DNA of 32,000 nt from Desulfocapsa sulfexigens DSM 10523 (GTDB taxonomy: Bacteria; Desulfobacterota; Desulfobulbia; Desulfobulbales; Desulfocapsaceae), in NCBI RefSeq assembly GCF_000341395.1, contig NC_020304.1, positions 990,001 to 1,022,000 of the forward strand, in the 5' to 3' direction. The position numbers were made by a program, and so were the translations under genes. This document shows positions 15,626 to 24,307 of the stretch, piece after piece. The notes under the pieces are model-generated. The model was given only the letters and a program-made list of their open reading frames with translations, did no database searches and had not been told where the DNA came from. Position 1 is the stretch's first letter. Each line of letters begins with the position of its first letter.

Positions 15626-18061
15626 ATGGGATTTATTTTAAAAAGATGTGATTCTCTCTTCCAACAGCTCAGTGCCCTGGTGCAGAGATACAGGGGGGGT
15701 ACCCTGTTGTTTTGCGCAACGGTGACGGTAATACTTGGTGCCCAGCTCCCCAATATGCGCTGGGACACGTCCACTGAGGGATATCTTTCCCCGAGCGATC
15801 CAACTATCACAGAATACCACAAATTTCAGGAAATTTTTGGTTCCGATGATCTGATTCTCATCGGAATCGGGACAGAAGACGTTTTCACTGTAACATTTCT
15901 TGAGCAGCTACTCCTCCTCCATGACGAACTTGCCCTTGGTGTCCCCCATCTTGCCTCTATTTTCAGCCTGGCCAATGCAACCGCTGCCAGCAGACAGGGT
16001 GACCAGCTCTTTGTAACACCATTGCTTCAAGGGTTTCCAAAGAGCATACCAGACATGGAAAAATTGCGCAGTAAGGTCAACGACAACCCTCTACTGAAAA
16101 ATCGTCTCGTTTCCAAAAAGGGCGACTTTGCGACAATTATTCTGAAAATTGCCACAAAAACCGAGACAGACCCCATTTCGCTGGATCAGGCTCTTGCGGG
16201 TTTTACCGAACCTGACAACTCCAAACAGGCAGCGGAAGCCAGTTCGCTAAGCAATACACAAAATGACAGCGTTGTCACTGCTGTTCAGAAAATAGTCAGC
16301 ACCCACCATGAAAAAAACTTTGAGGTGGTTGTCACTGGTACGCCCATACTCAAGCAGGTTCTTCGCAGGTCCATGACCCAGGATGCAGCCCTTTTTATCA
16401 AGCTCGCCACACTCCTGATTGCTTTGCTGCTATGGCTTATTTTTCGAAAATTTGCAGGTGTGCTTATCCCCCTGCTGGTAGTAAGTAGCTCGGTGATATC
16501 CACCATCGGTCTGATGGTTCTCTGTGGCAAGGCCTTCAAGGCTCCAACCATCATTCTCCCATCATTCCTCATGGCCATGGGCGTGGGTGCCAGTATTCAT
16601 CTGATGACTATGTTTTACCATAATCTTCGCCAGGGAATGGATAAGGCATCTGCAATAAACACGACCATGGGCCATTCCGGAATGCCAGTTTTTCTCACCA
16701 GCATCACAACCGGAGTGGGACTGATTTCCTTTGCCGGGGCAGAGGTGGCTCCTGTAGCAGATCTTGGACTTTTTGCTGCCATAGGGGTAATGATCGCCTT
16801 TATTTACACCATACTTCTGGTGCCTTCGCTCCTCGCATTTCTGCCTGCAGACCAGAAACGGGCCGGTTTTTCCCAGAGCGGCTATCAGAGACAAAACCGG
16901 ATCCTTTCTGCAGTAGCCAGCTTTTCCGTTACCAGATCACGCCTGATTATTGTCTGCTCCGGCCTGTTTGTGGCTCTTGCTGTCAGCGGAATTCCAAAAA
17001 TTCATTTCAGCCATGATCCTTTGGCTTGGCTACCGGAAAATCTTCCTCTGCGAAAGGCCACCGAAAAGGTACAGGAGGCCCTTGGGGGAGTAATATCTGT
17101 AGAAGTGCTGATTGACAGCAGGCATAAGAATGGTATCTACGATCCCGTATTCCTCAAGCGCCTTGAACAGGTAGAGCAGCGGCTTGAGAACTTTTCAGCA
17201 GCGGGGATCAGGGTGGCACAGGTCTCTTCTGTGGTTGATCTTCTCCATGATGTTCACATAGCTCTGCTCTCCCCTGACTCTCAAAACACTTCACTGCCTG
17301 AAGATCGAAAACTTGCCGCCCAGGAACTGCTGCTCCTGGAAAACGGTATTCCAGCCCAGCTTTTTGAAATGATCGATGGTGATTACGCTATTGCCCGTCT
17401 CAGCATTATGTCTCCCTGGCGTGACGCTGTCGCCTACGCGCCTTTTTTATCGGAACTGGAAACAGAAATCAGTACAACCATGGGAGAAAGCGCTACCGTT
17501 TCAGTCACCGGCATGATCCCCCTCCTGGCCCGTACCCTCAGCGCAGCCATGCACAGTGCTGCCAGGAGTTATCTTCTCGCCGGATGCATCATCAGTCTGC
17601 TCACAATTCTAATGATGGGTACACTCAAACTGGGACTGATCAGCTTAGCCCCCAACATCCTGCCCATCGCCACCATACTTGGAGTCATGGGATGGACGGG
17701 AATTCCGCTGGATATATACACCATGCTTTCCGGGTCCATTGCCATTGGTCTGATTGTGGACGATACCATTCACTTTATGTACAACTTCCGCCGTTATCAG
17801 AAACGTGGTATGGGAACAGATCAGGCAGTACGCAGCAGCCTTTTGACCACAGGCCGTGCCATACTGATTACCAGTGTAATCCTTGCCTCAGGAGCCTTTA
17901 TCTGCACCCTGTCTGAGATGAACAATCTCTTTAATTTTGGTCTGTTGACCGGGATCACAATCCTTCTTGCCATGGCTGCTGACTTTCTTCTTGCCCCAGC
18001 CATACTGACCGTGAGCTATAGCCCAAAAATTCCTTCTGATGGAGTAGAAAAACCGATATGA
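15626..18061 (+). CDS. RND-superfamily exporter, MMPL/HpnN-like (two 6-TM bundles, COG1033 type)
   Basis: Two repeated halves, each with a large periplasmic loop followed by a TM bundle (e.g. GMPVFLTSITTGVGLISF, and GSIAIGLIVDDTIHFM in the second half). The track ORF opens at GTG 15557. ATG 15626 (MGFILKR...) is preferred as the start. The stop overlaps the next start (ATGA, 18058-18061). Confidence 0.88.
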   Translation: MGFILKRCDSLFQQLSALVQRYRGGTLLFCATVTVILGAQLPNMRWDTSTEGYLSPSDPTITEYHKFQEIFGSDDLILIGIGTEDVFTVTFLEQLLLLHDELALGVPHLASIFSLANATAASRQGDQLFVTPLLQGFPKSIPDMEKLRSKVNDNPLLKNRLVSKKGDFATIILKIATKTETDPISLDQALAGFTEPDNSKQAAEASSLSNTQNDSVVTAVQKIVSTHHEKNFEVVVTGTPILKQVLRRSMTQDAALFIKLATLLIALLLWLIFRKFAGVLIPLLVVSSSVISTIGLMVLCGKAFKAPTIILPSFLMAMGVGASIHLMTMFYHNLRQGMDKASAINTTMGHSGMPVFLTSITTGVGLISFAGAEVAPVADLGLFAAIGVMIAFIYTILLVPSLLAFLPADQKRAGFSQSGYQRQNRILSAVASFSVTRSRLIIVCSGLFVALAVSGIPKIHFSHDPLAWLPENLPLRKATEKVQEALGGVISVEVLIDSRHKNGIYDPVFLKRLEQVEQRLENFSAAGIRVAQVSSVVDLLHDVHIALLSPDSQNTSLPEDRKLAAQELLLLENGIPAQLFEMIDGDYAIARLSIMSPWRDAVAYAPFLSELETEISTTMGESATVSVTGMIPLLARTLSAAMHSAARSYLLAGCIISLLTILMMGTLKLGLISLAPNILPIATILGVMGWTGIPLDIYTMLSGSIAIGLIVDDTIHFMYNFRRYQKRGMGTDQAVRSSLLTTGRAILITSVILASGAFICTLSEMNNLFNFGLLTGITILLAMAADFLLAPAILTVSYSPKIPSDGVEKPI

Positions 18062-18870
18062 ACCGTTCGCCGCTATTAGCCATATTTTTTCTACCTTTTT
18101 TTCTCTCTGCACTCCTGCCGTCCTGCACCTTTGCCGCACAACTTTCGGCCCTGGAAATCATGCAACAGGTACAACAGAGGGACACCGGCAGCAGTTCTAC
18201 TGCAGAAGTTGAGATGATTCTGATCAGTCAAAACGGTTCACGTCGGGTCCGCCAATTAAAGCTTTTCAGCAAAACCTACGAACTGTTTACCTCAAGAAGT
18301 ATCTACTTCCAGGCCCCGGCTGATGTTCACGGAACCGCCTTTCTTATCCGTGACTACAAGGCGGCTGATCAGGAAGATGAACAGTGGCTCTATCTGCCGG
18401 CACTTCGAAAGACAAAACGTATTTCCACCAGTGATAAGGGAGGAGCATTTATGGGGTCTGACCTCAACTATGCCGACATGGGAAGTGATTCCCTTGACGA
18501 ATCCACCTACACCCTCGTCAAGGAAGACATGGTAGACGGCCATCCTGTCTGGGTTATCGAAGCGCGTCCCACAACTGAAGGATACGCTCTAAAGAAAGGA
18601 TATACAAAATCACTGCTTCTCATCAGAAAGGATAATTATGTAATTGTGAGATCGGTCAACTGGCTGCTTAACTCCACCCGTATGCGATATATGAATGTCA
18701 TGGAACTTGAAGAAATTGATACCATCTGGTCTCCAACCATGGTTCGTATCTGGACCACTGAGAACCGGACAACGATTCACCAGACTCTTCTGCAAACACG
18801 AAATCTGCGTTTTAATGTGGATCTCTCCGACGATCTCTTCTCCCTGCGCCAATTGGAGACAGGTTATTAA
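18058..18870 (+). CDS. outer-membrane lipoprotein-sorting (LolA-like) protein
   Basis: Signal peptide with a possible lipobox (LLPSC). LSALEIMQQV...PADVHGTAFL...EQWLYLPALRKTKRIS...FMGSDLNYADM are the hallmark blocks of the LolA_like family that accompanies COG1033 exporters. Confidence 0.85.
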   Translation: MNRSPLLAIFFLPFFLSALLPSCTFAAQLSALEIMQQVQQRDTGSSSTAEVEMILISQNGSRRVRQLKLFSKTYELFTSRSIYFQAPADVHGTAFLIRDYKAADQEDEQWLYLPALRKTKRISTSDKGGAFMGSDLNYADMGSDSLDESTYTLVKEDMVDGHPVWVIEARPTTEGYALKKGYTKSLLLIRKDNYVIVRSVNWLLNSTRMRYMNVMELEEIDTIWSPTMVRIWTTENRTTIHQTLLQTRNLRFNVDLSDDLFSLRQLETGY

Positions 18871-18874
18871 AAAG

Positions 18875-20248
18875 ATGCTTAATAGCAGTTTTGTGCAAAC
18901 AGTGGTGCCTCTGACCATGACTATTGCTCTTCTAACCTTCTCCTCTCCTTCCCTGGCACAGGAGAGTTTAGACGCAATAATGGACGTATTTGACAGTTCC
19001 CCCGTACCCGCAGAACAGTTCACTACCGAAATTCCGGAAGTACGCCCTTATCGCATCTCTGGATTTATCGATCTGGATATAGCCTGGGCCCTTTGGAGTC
19101 ACACATCCTCATCAAGCGACTATGATTATCAGGGGCTTGCCGTTCTCAGGCCACTCCTTTCACTGGATTTAAGCTATACACTCCCCAATGGCTGGCAGGC
19201 CAAAATGGGAGGGCACGGCTTTTACGATTTCAGTTATGCTGTTCAAGGCCGCAATCAGTTCACTGATCAGGTTTTAAAAAAATATGAAAATGAACTTAAC
19301 CTGGATGAAGTCTACCTGGAAGGGGCGCTTGGAAAAACAACCTTCAAACTTGGGCGGCAGATTGTTGTCTGGGGTGAATCGGATATTTTCCGACCTCTGG
19401 ATATTACTAACCCCGTGGATATCCGTGACCCTGTCTTTTCCGACATCAGCGGACTGCGTCTGCCGGTCTGGATGAGTCGAGCTGACTGGCAAGACAAAGG
19501 TGGATGGAGTTTTTCCGCCCTGGCGATTCACGAAAACAGGGCTGATGAAATCCCGGTATATGGAAACGATTTCTATCCTTTTGACTTTCCTCTTCCCCCA
19601 AGGGAGGAGAGTGGTCTTCGTCTGGAAGATACCGGCGTTGGAATAACAGCAAAACACTCCTTCCAAAACTGGGATGCATCTCTCTATCTCGCCTCTATTA
19701 CCCAGGAACAGGATCTTGTCGGCATCACCGCCGACGTGACAGTTCGTCCCCTCAACCGGATACAGATACTGGGAACATCGGCCAATCTGGCAGCAGGAAA
19801 CTGGCTCTACAAGGCCGATCTGATGTTTTCAAACGGCCATCAATACTATCAGCTTCCCGATGAAAGAAAGGACAGAATAGACTTTACCGGAGGATTTGAC
19901 TACTCGGGATTTGAAAACAGTTACCTCACCTTTGAAGTTGCCTACCGGCATCTTCTGGACATGAACCCGGAATTCGATGATACCCTCGATTACCCCAAAC
20001 GCAATGTAGTCGCCTTCGGATTACGTTACCACCGGAGCTTTTTCCGTGAAAAACTCGCAACCTCTGCCTTAATTCAGCTCTACGGTTTTAACCAGGGAGG
20101 TCTGCAGCAACTGTCATGCTCTTTCTCTCCCTGGGACAACAGTCGGATCACTGCAGGAATAATGGCATTTCAGGATGGTGATAATTATATTTTTGAGCAA
20201 ATTGGCAAAAATGACCGTCTCTTTCTCAAATATCACTATGCTTTTTAA
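18875..20248 (+). CDS. DUF1302-like outer-membrane beta-barrel protein
   Basis: Start moved to ATG 18875 (MLNSSFVQTVVPLTMTIALLTFSSPSLAQE, a signal peptide), 5 nt after the preceding stop. The LDEVYLEG..GKTTFKLGRQIVVWGESDIFRPLDITNPVD block and the terminal aromatic (…KYHYAF) fit an OM barrel of the DUF1302 type. Confidence 0.8.
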   Translation: MLNSSFVQTVVPLTMTIALLTFSSPSLAQESLDAIMDVFDSSPVPAEQFTTEIPEVRPYRISGFIDLDIAWALWSHTSSSSDYDYQGLAVLRPLLSLDLSYTLPNGWQAKMGGHGFYDFSYAVQGRNQFTDQVLKKYENELNLDEVYLEGALGKTTFKLGRQIVVWGESDIFRPLDITNPVDIRDPVFSDISGLRLPVWMSRADWQDKGGWSFSALAIHENRADEIPVYGNDFYPFDFPLPPREESGLRLEDTGVGITAKHSFQNWDASLYLASITQEQDLVGITADVTVRPLNRIQILGTSANLAAGNWLYKADLMFSNGHQYYQLPDERKDRIDFTGGFDYSGFENSYLTFEVAYRHLLDMNPEFDDTLDYPKRNVVAFGLRYHRSFFREKLATSALIQLYGFNQGGLQQLSCSFSPWDNSRITAGIMAFQDGDNYIFEQIGKNDRLFLKYHYAF

Positions 20249-20438
20249 ACCTTTCATCTTGCCTCCCAAATCCTTCACCTCACTCTACAATCATCGAACT
20301 GTTCAATCATTAAAAAAGGGGAGCAGAGTTCCAGAATTACCACGATCCACTCTTTGGATAATGATGCAGAATTTACAAAAGAATGGTATCAAGGATAACA
20401 CACCATAAACAGAGAACAAAACTACACAGTTAAAGATC

Positions 20439-22085
20439 ATGTCAAAATATATTATTGGAATAGATACCGGTGGCACCTACACCGATGCAGTGCTTCTTGA
20501 TATAGTAAACAAAAATGTACTGGCCACTGCCAAAGAACCCACGACCCATCACCGCCTCTCTCTCTCCACCGGTAAAGCATTGAAAAGTCTTCTTCAGCAT
20601 TCCGGTGTGAACAAGAGTGATATATCCCGGCTGGCCCTTTCAACAACTCTTGCCACCAATGCCGTCATAGAGCAGAAAGGTGCCCGTGTTGCTGCCTTTG
20701 TTATCGGATATGTCAAACATTTCAAGCTCCCCATCACCGCCACCATATTTGTCAAAGGCGGGCATACCATAAGCGGTCAGGAAGAGGAAACACTCGATAT
20801 CGACAATATCGTTGACACCATTCAAGGAATACGCAATGAAGTTGATGCCTATGCCGTCTGCTCTGCCATGTCCATGACCAACCCCAGCCATGAACTGGTG
20901 ACGGAAAAAGCCATTTCCATGCTCGACCCCAAGCCGGTCTTTTGTTCCCATACCGTGAGCCAGCACACCGGCATGCGGGAACGGGCAGCCACCGCAGCAC
21001 TCCACGCCAAACTGATGCCGCTCATGGAGGATTTTGTTGCCGGAGTCCAGGAGGCCATGATTGCAAATGAACTTGACTGCCCCGTTGTTCTGATCACCGG
21101 GAACGGAAGCCAGGTGTCCATAACAGATGCAGCTGAACAGGCAGGCATCACCGTGGCCAGTGGCCCAGCCTGTACTGCGGGTTTTGGTGCAGCTCAAAAC
21201 GTTGATCATGCACTCGTTGTTGATGTGGGTGGCACCACCACGGACATCGCCATGGTTGAAAATGGTAAAATGCTGATTTCAGCCGATGGCTGCAAAGTGG
21301 GTGAATGGCAAACCCACATGGAAGCTGTGGATATGTTCACAGGAGGAATCGGTGGAGACAGCCATGTAATCGTCGATACCAAAGGCAAAATCAGCCTTGG
21401 TCCATCCCGCGTTATTCCTCTGGCCATGGCTGCTGGTTTTCCCGGCTGTAAAAACTGGCTGGGGCCTGATCTGAAATCCAAGTGTATTATGCTGCTACCC
21501 GAATTTGAAGATAACCAAAAAGATGATCCCATTATTTACGCCCTTGGTGCAGGACCCGCCACCGCTGCATCCATTCAGGAAAGAACCGGCTTTTCCGGGA
21601 TTCCACTCAATAAACGACTGGAGCAGCTCTCCAGAAACCAGATCATTCTTGAAACCGGATTCACACCAACCGATGCTCTGCATGTACTTGGAAAGATAGA
21701 TATTGGTGTTAAATCAGAGGCGAAGGATGGAGCAGAAATCCTTGGCGCACTTCTCAATATGGATGCAAAAAGTTTCTCCAAAAAGATCATCTCCATGACT
21801 GAAGACCGAATCGAGAACCTTCTCATCGATTACATCATTCATCGGTACTGGGGAAAATCACTCACCAGCTTTATTTCCACCCGCAATGATCATCCAGTCC
21901 TTGGTGTCAAATTCAGCATGAAAATCCCTTTTATTGGCATTGGTGCTGCGGCACGATACTTCCTGCCCCGCGTTGCTAAAAGGCTTGGCACAACGGTGGA
22001 TTTCCCCGAATTCTGTGAAGTAGGAAATGGAGTTGGTGCCGCACTGCTTGGGAGCAATATATTACAACCATCACAAGATCAATAG
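20439..22085 (+). CDS. hydantoinase/oxoprolinase (Hydantoinase_A) family protein
   Basis: N-terminus MSKYIIGIDTGGTYTDAVLLD plus a second ASKHA-type phosphate loop VVDVGGTTTDIAMV. 548 aa. Confidence 0.85.
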   Translation: MSKYIIGIDTGGTYTDAVLLDIVNKNVLATAKEPTTHHRLSLSTGKALKSLLQHSGVNKSDISRLALSTTLATNAVIEQKGARVAAFVIGYVKHFKLPITATIFVKGGHTISGQEEETLDIDNIVDTIQGIRNEVDAYAVCSAMSMTNPSHELVTEKAISMLDPKPVFCSHTVSQHTGMRERAATAALHAKLMPLMEDFVAGVQEAMIANELDCPVVLITGNGSQVSITDAAEQAGITVASGPACTAGFGAAQNVDHALVVDVGGTTTDIAMVENGKMLISADGCKVGEWQTHMEAVDMFTGGIGGDSHVIVDTKGKISLGPSRVIPLAMAAGFPGCKNWLGPDLKSKCIMLLPEFEDNQKDDPIIYALGAGPATAASIQERTGFSGIPLNKRLEQLSRNQIILETGFTPTDALHVLGKIDIGVKSEAKDGAEILGALLNMDAKSFSKKIISMTEDRIENLLIDYIIHRYWGKSLTSFISTRNDHPVLGVKFSMKIPFIGIGAAARYFLPRVAKRLGTTVDFPEFCEVGNGVGAALLGSNILQPSQDQ

Positions 22086-22086
22086 T

Positions 22087-22126
22087 GATAATTTTTATTG
22101 ACTAATTCGCTTCCAATGGTATGCTC
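22087..22126 (+). promoter_or_regulatory. candidate perR promoter/operator (shares a 17-mer with the rbr upstream region)
   Basis: TTTTTATTGACTAATTC (22092-22108) matches 22858-22874 at 15/17, followed by TTCCAATGGT versus TTCAAATGAT. It contains TTGACT (22098-22103) and TATGCT (22120-22125) with a 16-nt spacer, about 37 nt before the perR ATG. Confidence 0.45.
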
Positions 22127-22161
22127 TTATTTAAGAATGAAACCTACTGGCAACATAAGAA

Positions 22162-22608
22162 ATGATGGAAGAAAAACTGAGCAAAAAACATCTAGAGCAG
22201 CTCAAGCAGCTCTGTAACGAAGCGGGAATCAAACTCACCCATCAACGGCTTGAGATTTTCTGTGAGTTGATAGCTCACCCTGGCCATCCATCTGCTGAGA
22301 TGATACATAAACGGATCCATAAAAAACTCCCTACTATAGCCATTGACACAGTTTACAGAACCCTGGCTACCTTTGATGAATTAGGATTGATTAAAAAGCT
22401 CCATGTCATGAATGAACGGACTCTGTTTGATACGAATCTTGATATTCACCATCATTTTATCTGCACCCGCTGCAAGAAGGTGAATGATATTTACTGGTCT
22501 GATTTTGACAACACTACACTTCCCGAAACTATAGAGAACATGGGTAAGGTGGAATCCCGTCATCTTGAGATTCATGGTATCTGTAATAGCTGTCTTGATA
22601 AGACGTAA
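22162..22608 (+). CDS. perR: Fur-family transcriptional regulator, PerR-like
   Basis: Winged-helix N-terminus and metal sites HHHFICTRCKKV...HGICNSC. The PerR assignment is by context (immediately upstream of rubrerythrin). Confidence 0.85.
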   Translation: MMEEKLSKKHLEQLKQLCNEAGIKLTHQRLEIFCELIAHPGHPSAEMIHKRIHKKLPTIAIDTVYRTLATFDELGLIKKLHVMNERTLFDTNLDIHHHFICTRCKKVNDIYWSDFDNTTLPETIENMGKVESRHLEIHGICNSCLDKT

Positions 22609-22685
22609 CATATATTTTTTTGACCCGACAGCAAGATGCAATCTTATCAAAGATACCGTACCTACAAAAAATGAGGCCACACCTC

Positions 22686-22708
22686 AAAGCACCATCTTCT
22701 GGTGCTTT
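22686..22708 (+). terminator. 9-bp hairpin downstream of perR (weak terminator candidate, no U tract)
   Basis: AAAGCACCA-TCTTC-TGGTGCTTT, 78 nt after the perR stop. It is followed by ACAACAAAATAA rather than a T run. Confidence 0.25.
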
Positions 22709-22744
22709 ACAACAAAATAATAAGGAAAAAGCAGAATATCGGAA

Positions 22745-22853
22745 AAAAAGAAATTCACAACTAATGATGGTGCTCCAGTCGGTGCATTCAAAGCTTCACC
22801 TTGAAGTTTTAGATGCACGCGGCCTGTTGTTTACTGAAAATCAGAAAGATTGA
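22745..22853 (+). pseudogene. relic of a catalase N-terminus (frameshifted, truncated)
   Basis: 22748-22783 reads KKFTTNDGAPVG, matching the conserved catalase N-terminal block (K-L-T-T-x-x-G-A-P-V-G/A-D-N). Downstream, a shifted frame gives ..ARGLLFTEN.. at the position of GPRGPxLLQD. There is no start codon, and the homology stops at the rbr promoter. Confidence 0.35.
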
Positions 22854-22893
22854 TACATTTTTATTGAGTAACTCTTTCAAATGATGATAGCGT
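22852..22893 (+). promoter_or_regulatory. candidate rbr promoter/operator (second copy of the shared 17-mer)
   Basis: TTTTTATTGAGTAACTC (22858-22874) with TTGAGT as the -35-like hexamer, about 41 nt before the rbr ATG. The geometry is the same as at perR. Confidence 0.4.
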
Positions 22894-22933
22894 TACTCTA
22901 AACCACTCCAACTATTACAATGAGGACTGAACC

Positions 22934-23509
22934 ATGGCGTCTTTAAAAAACACCCAGACTGAAAAGAATATTGTAACTGCCTTTTGCGGCGAGTCGCAAG
23001 CTCGCAACCGCTATACCTATTTTGCGTCCAAGGCAAAAAAAGATGGGTTTGTCCAGATTTCCCACATCTTTGAAGAAACGGCCGATCAGGAAAAAGAACA
23101 CGCTAAACGGTTGTTCAAGCTTCTTGAAGGCGGGGAAGTAGAAATAACCGGCAGCTTTCCTGCGGGGAAAATCGGAAGCACCATCGACAATCTCAAGGAA
23201 TCAGCCGGTGGAGAAAATTATGAACACACTATCATGTATCCCGGGTTCGCAGCCACTGCCCGTGAAGAGGGTTTTCATGATATCGCACTGGTATTTGAAG
23301 CCATTGCCGTTGCAGAAAAGCAGCATGAAAAACGTTATCTGAAACTGATGAACAATATTACCAACGGTCGAGTCTTTCAGCGTGACAAGGATGTAAGCTG
23401 GAGATGCCGCAACTGCGGGTACCTCCACACGGGAAAAGAAGCTCCCGAGCTTTGCCCTGCCTGTGCTCATGGCCAGGCTCATTTCGAGCTTCTTGGTGAA
23501 AACTGGTAG
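22934..23509 (+). CDS. rbr: rubrerythrin
   Basis: Di-iron four-helix-bundle motifs (E..A...Y..FA, EEKEHA, E..H) and a C-terminal rubredoxin-like CRNCG...CPAC. 191 aa. Confidence 0.95.
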   Translation: MASLKNTQTEKNIVTAFCGESQARNRYTYFASKAKKDGFVQISHIFEETADQEKEHAKRLFKLLEGGEVEITGSFPAGKIGSTIDNLKESAGGENYEHTIMYPGFAATAREEGFHDIALVFEAIAVAEKQHEKRYLKLMNNITNGRVFQRDKDVSWRCRNCGYLHTGKEAPELCPACAHGQAHFELLGENW

Positions 23510-23567
23510 GTAGACCTTATGTGTAGCGAAATGCAGCTCATCTAACAATGCAACGAGGATTACAAAT

Positions 23568-24209
23568 ATGAAAAAATGGAAATGTTCAGTATGTGGCTAT
23601 ATCCATGAAGGTGATGAGCCACCGGAGAAATGTCCCCTCTGCGGAGCTGACAGGGAGAAGTTTGTGGAGATAAGCTCCTCTGAAGAGAGTATCGATGAGG
23701 CGGCTCAGATTGCCACGGAGAAAGAGCAGGTCCTTACGACAGCTCCCCCTCAGGAACAGCTGACTCTCTTTGAGAAGGTCTCAGACCTTCTCGTGAAGAA
23801 TCACCTCCACCCTATCAGTGTGCACACTCCAAACGGAATCATCCCCGTGGCCGTTCTTCTTCTGGTCCTGGGTATGTTAGCCAGCTCCCAGGGTCTTGCT
23901 AATGCAGCCTATTATAACATGATAGCTGTGCTTTTGAGTATGCCCCTGGTAATATTCACAGGCTATGTCACCTGGCAGAAAAAATATAAGGGGGCAAAGA
24001 CATCTGTTTTTAAAATCAAGATTGCAGCAAGCGTTGTCGCCACCGTTATTCTGTTTGGTCTTGTTATCTGGAAAACAATAGAGCCGGATGTTCTTATTAC
24101 CCCATCCCTGGACCGTTGGCTCTTTCTGATCTGGTCAAGTTTTATGCTTGCAGCCGTTGGTCTTGCCGGACACCTCGGTGGACAGCTTGTCTTTGCCGGC
24201 AAAAGATAA
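23568..24209 (+). CDS. rubredoxin-like domain fused to a multi-pass membrane domain (DUF2231-like)
   Basis: N-terminus [24 protein letters not shown] (CxxC...CxxC). After a ~50-aa linker come four predicted TM helices. GAGGA lies 8 nt before the ATG, and the gene is 58 nt after rbr (same operon). Confidence 0.85.
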   Translation: MKKWKCSVCGYIHEGDEPPEKCPLCGADREKFVEISSSEESIDEAAQIATEKEQVLTTAPPQEQLTLFEKVSDLLVKNHLHPISVHTPNGIIPVAVLLLVLGMLASSQGLANAAYYNMIAVLLSMPLVIFTGYVTWQKKYKGAKTSVFKIKIAASVVATVILFGLVIWKTIEPDVLITPSLDRWLFLIWSSFMLAAVGLAGHLGGQLVFAGKR

Positions 24210-24244
24210 ATTCCTGTTGCTGCTACTCTCAGGTCACTGATACT

Positions 24245-24272
24245 CCCTCATTCATGGCAACATGAATGGGGG
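24245..24272 (+). terminator. 12-bp hairpin with a GCAA (GNRA) tetraloop after the rbr operon
   Basis: CCCTCATTCATG-GCAA-CATGAATGGGGG (one G-U pair), 36 nt after the stop at 24209. No following U tract, so intrinsic-terminator function is uncertain. Confidence 0.3.
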
Positions 24273-24307
24273 AACAGACCCGACATATACACCCCAAAGG
24301 ATGCCCG

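Noticed and set aside
22620-22853. 77-aa ORF between perR and rbr as a real gene
   Set aside because: There is no RBS and the composition is odd. The only recognisable signal in the region is a catalase-like block in a different frame, so it is better explained as a relic.
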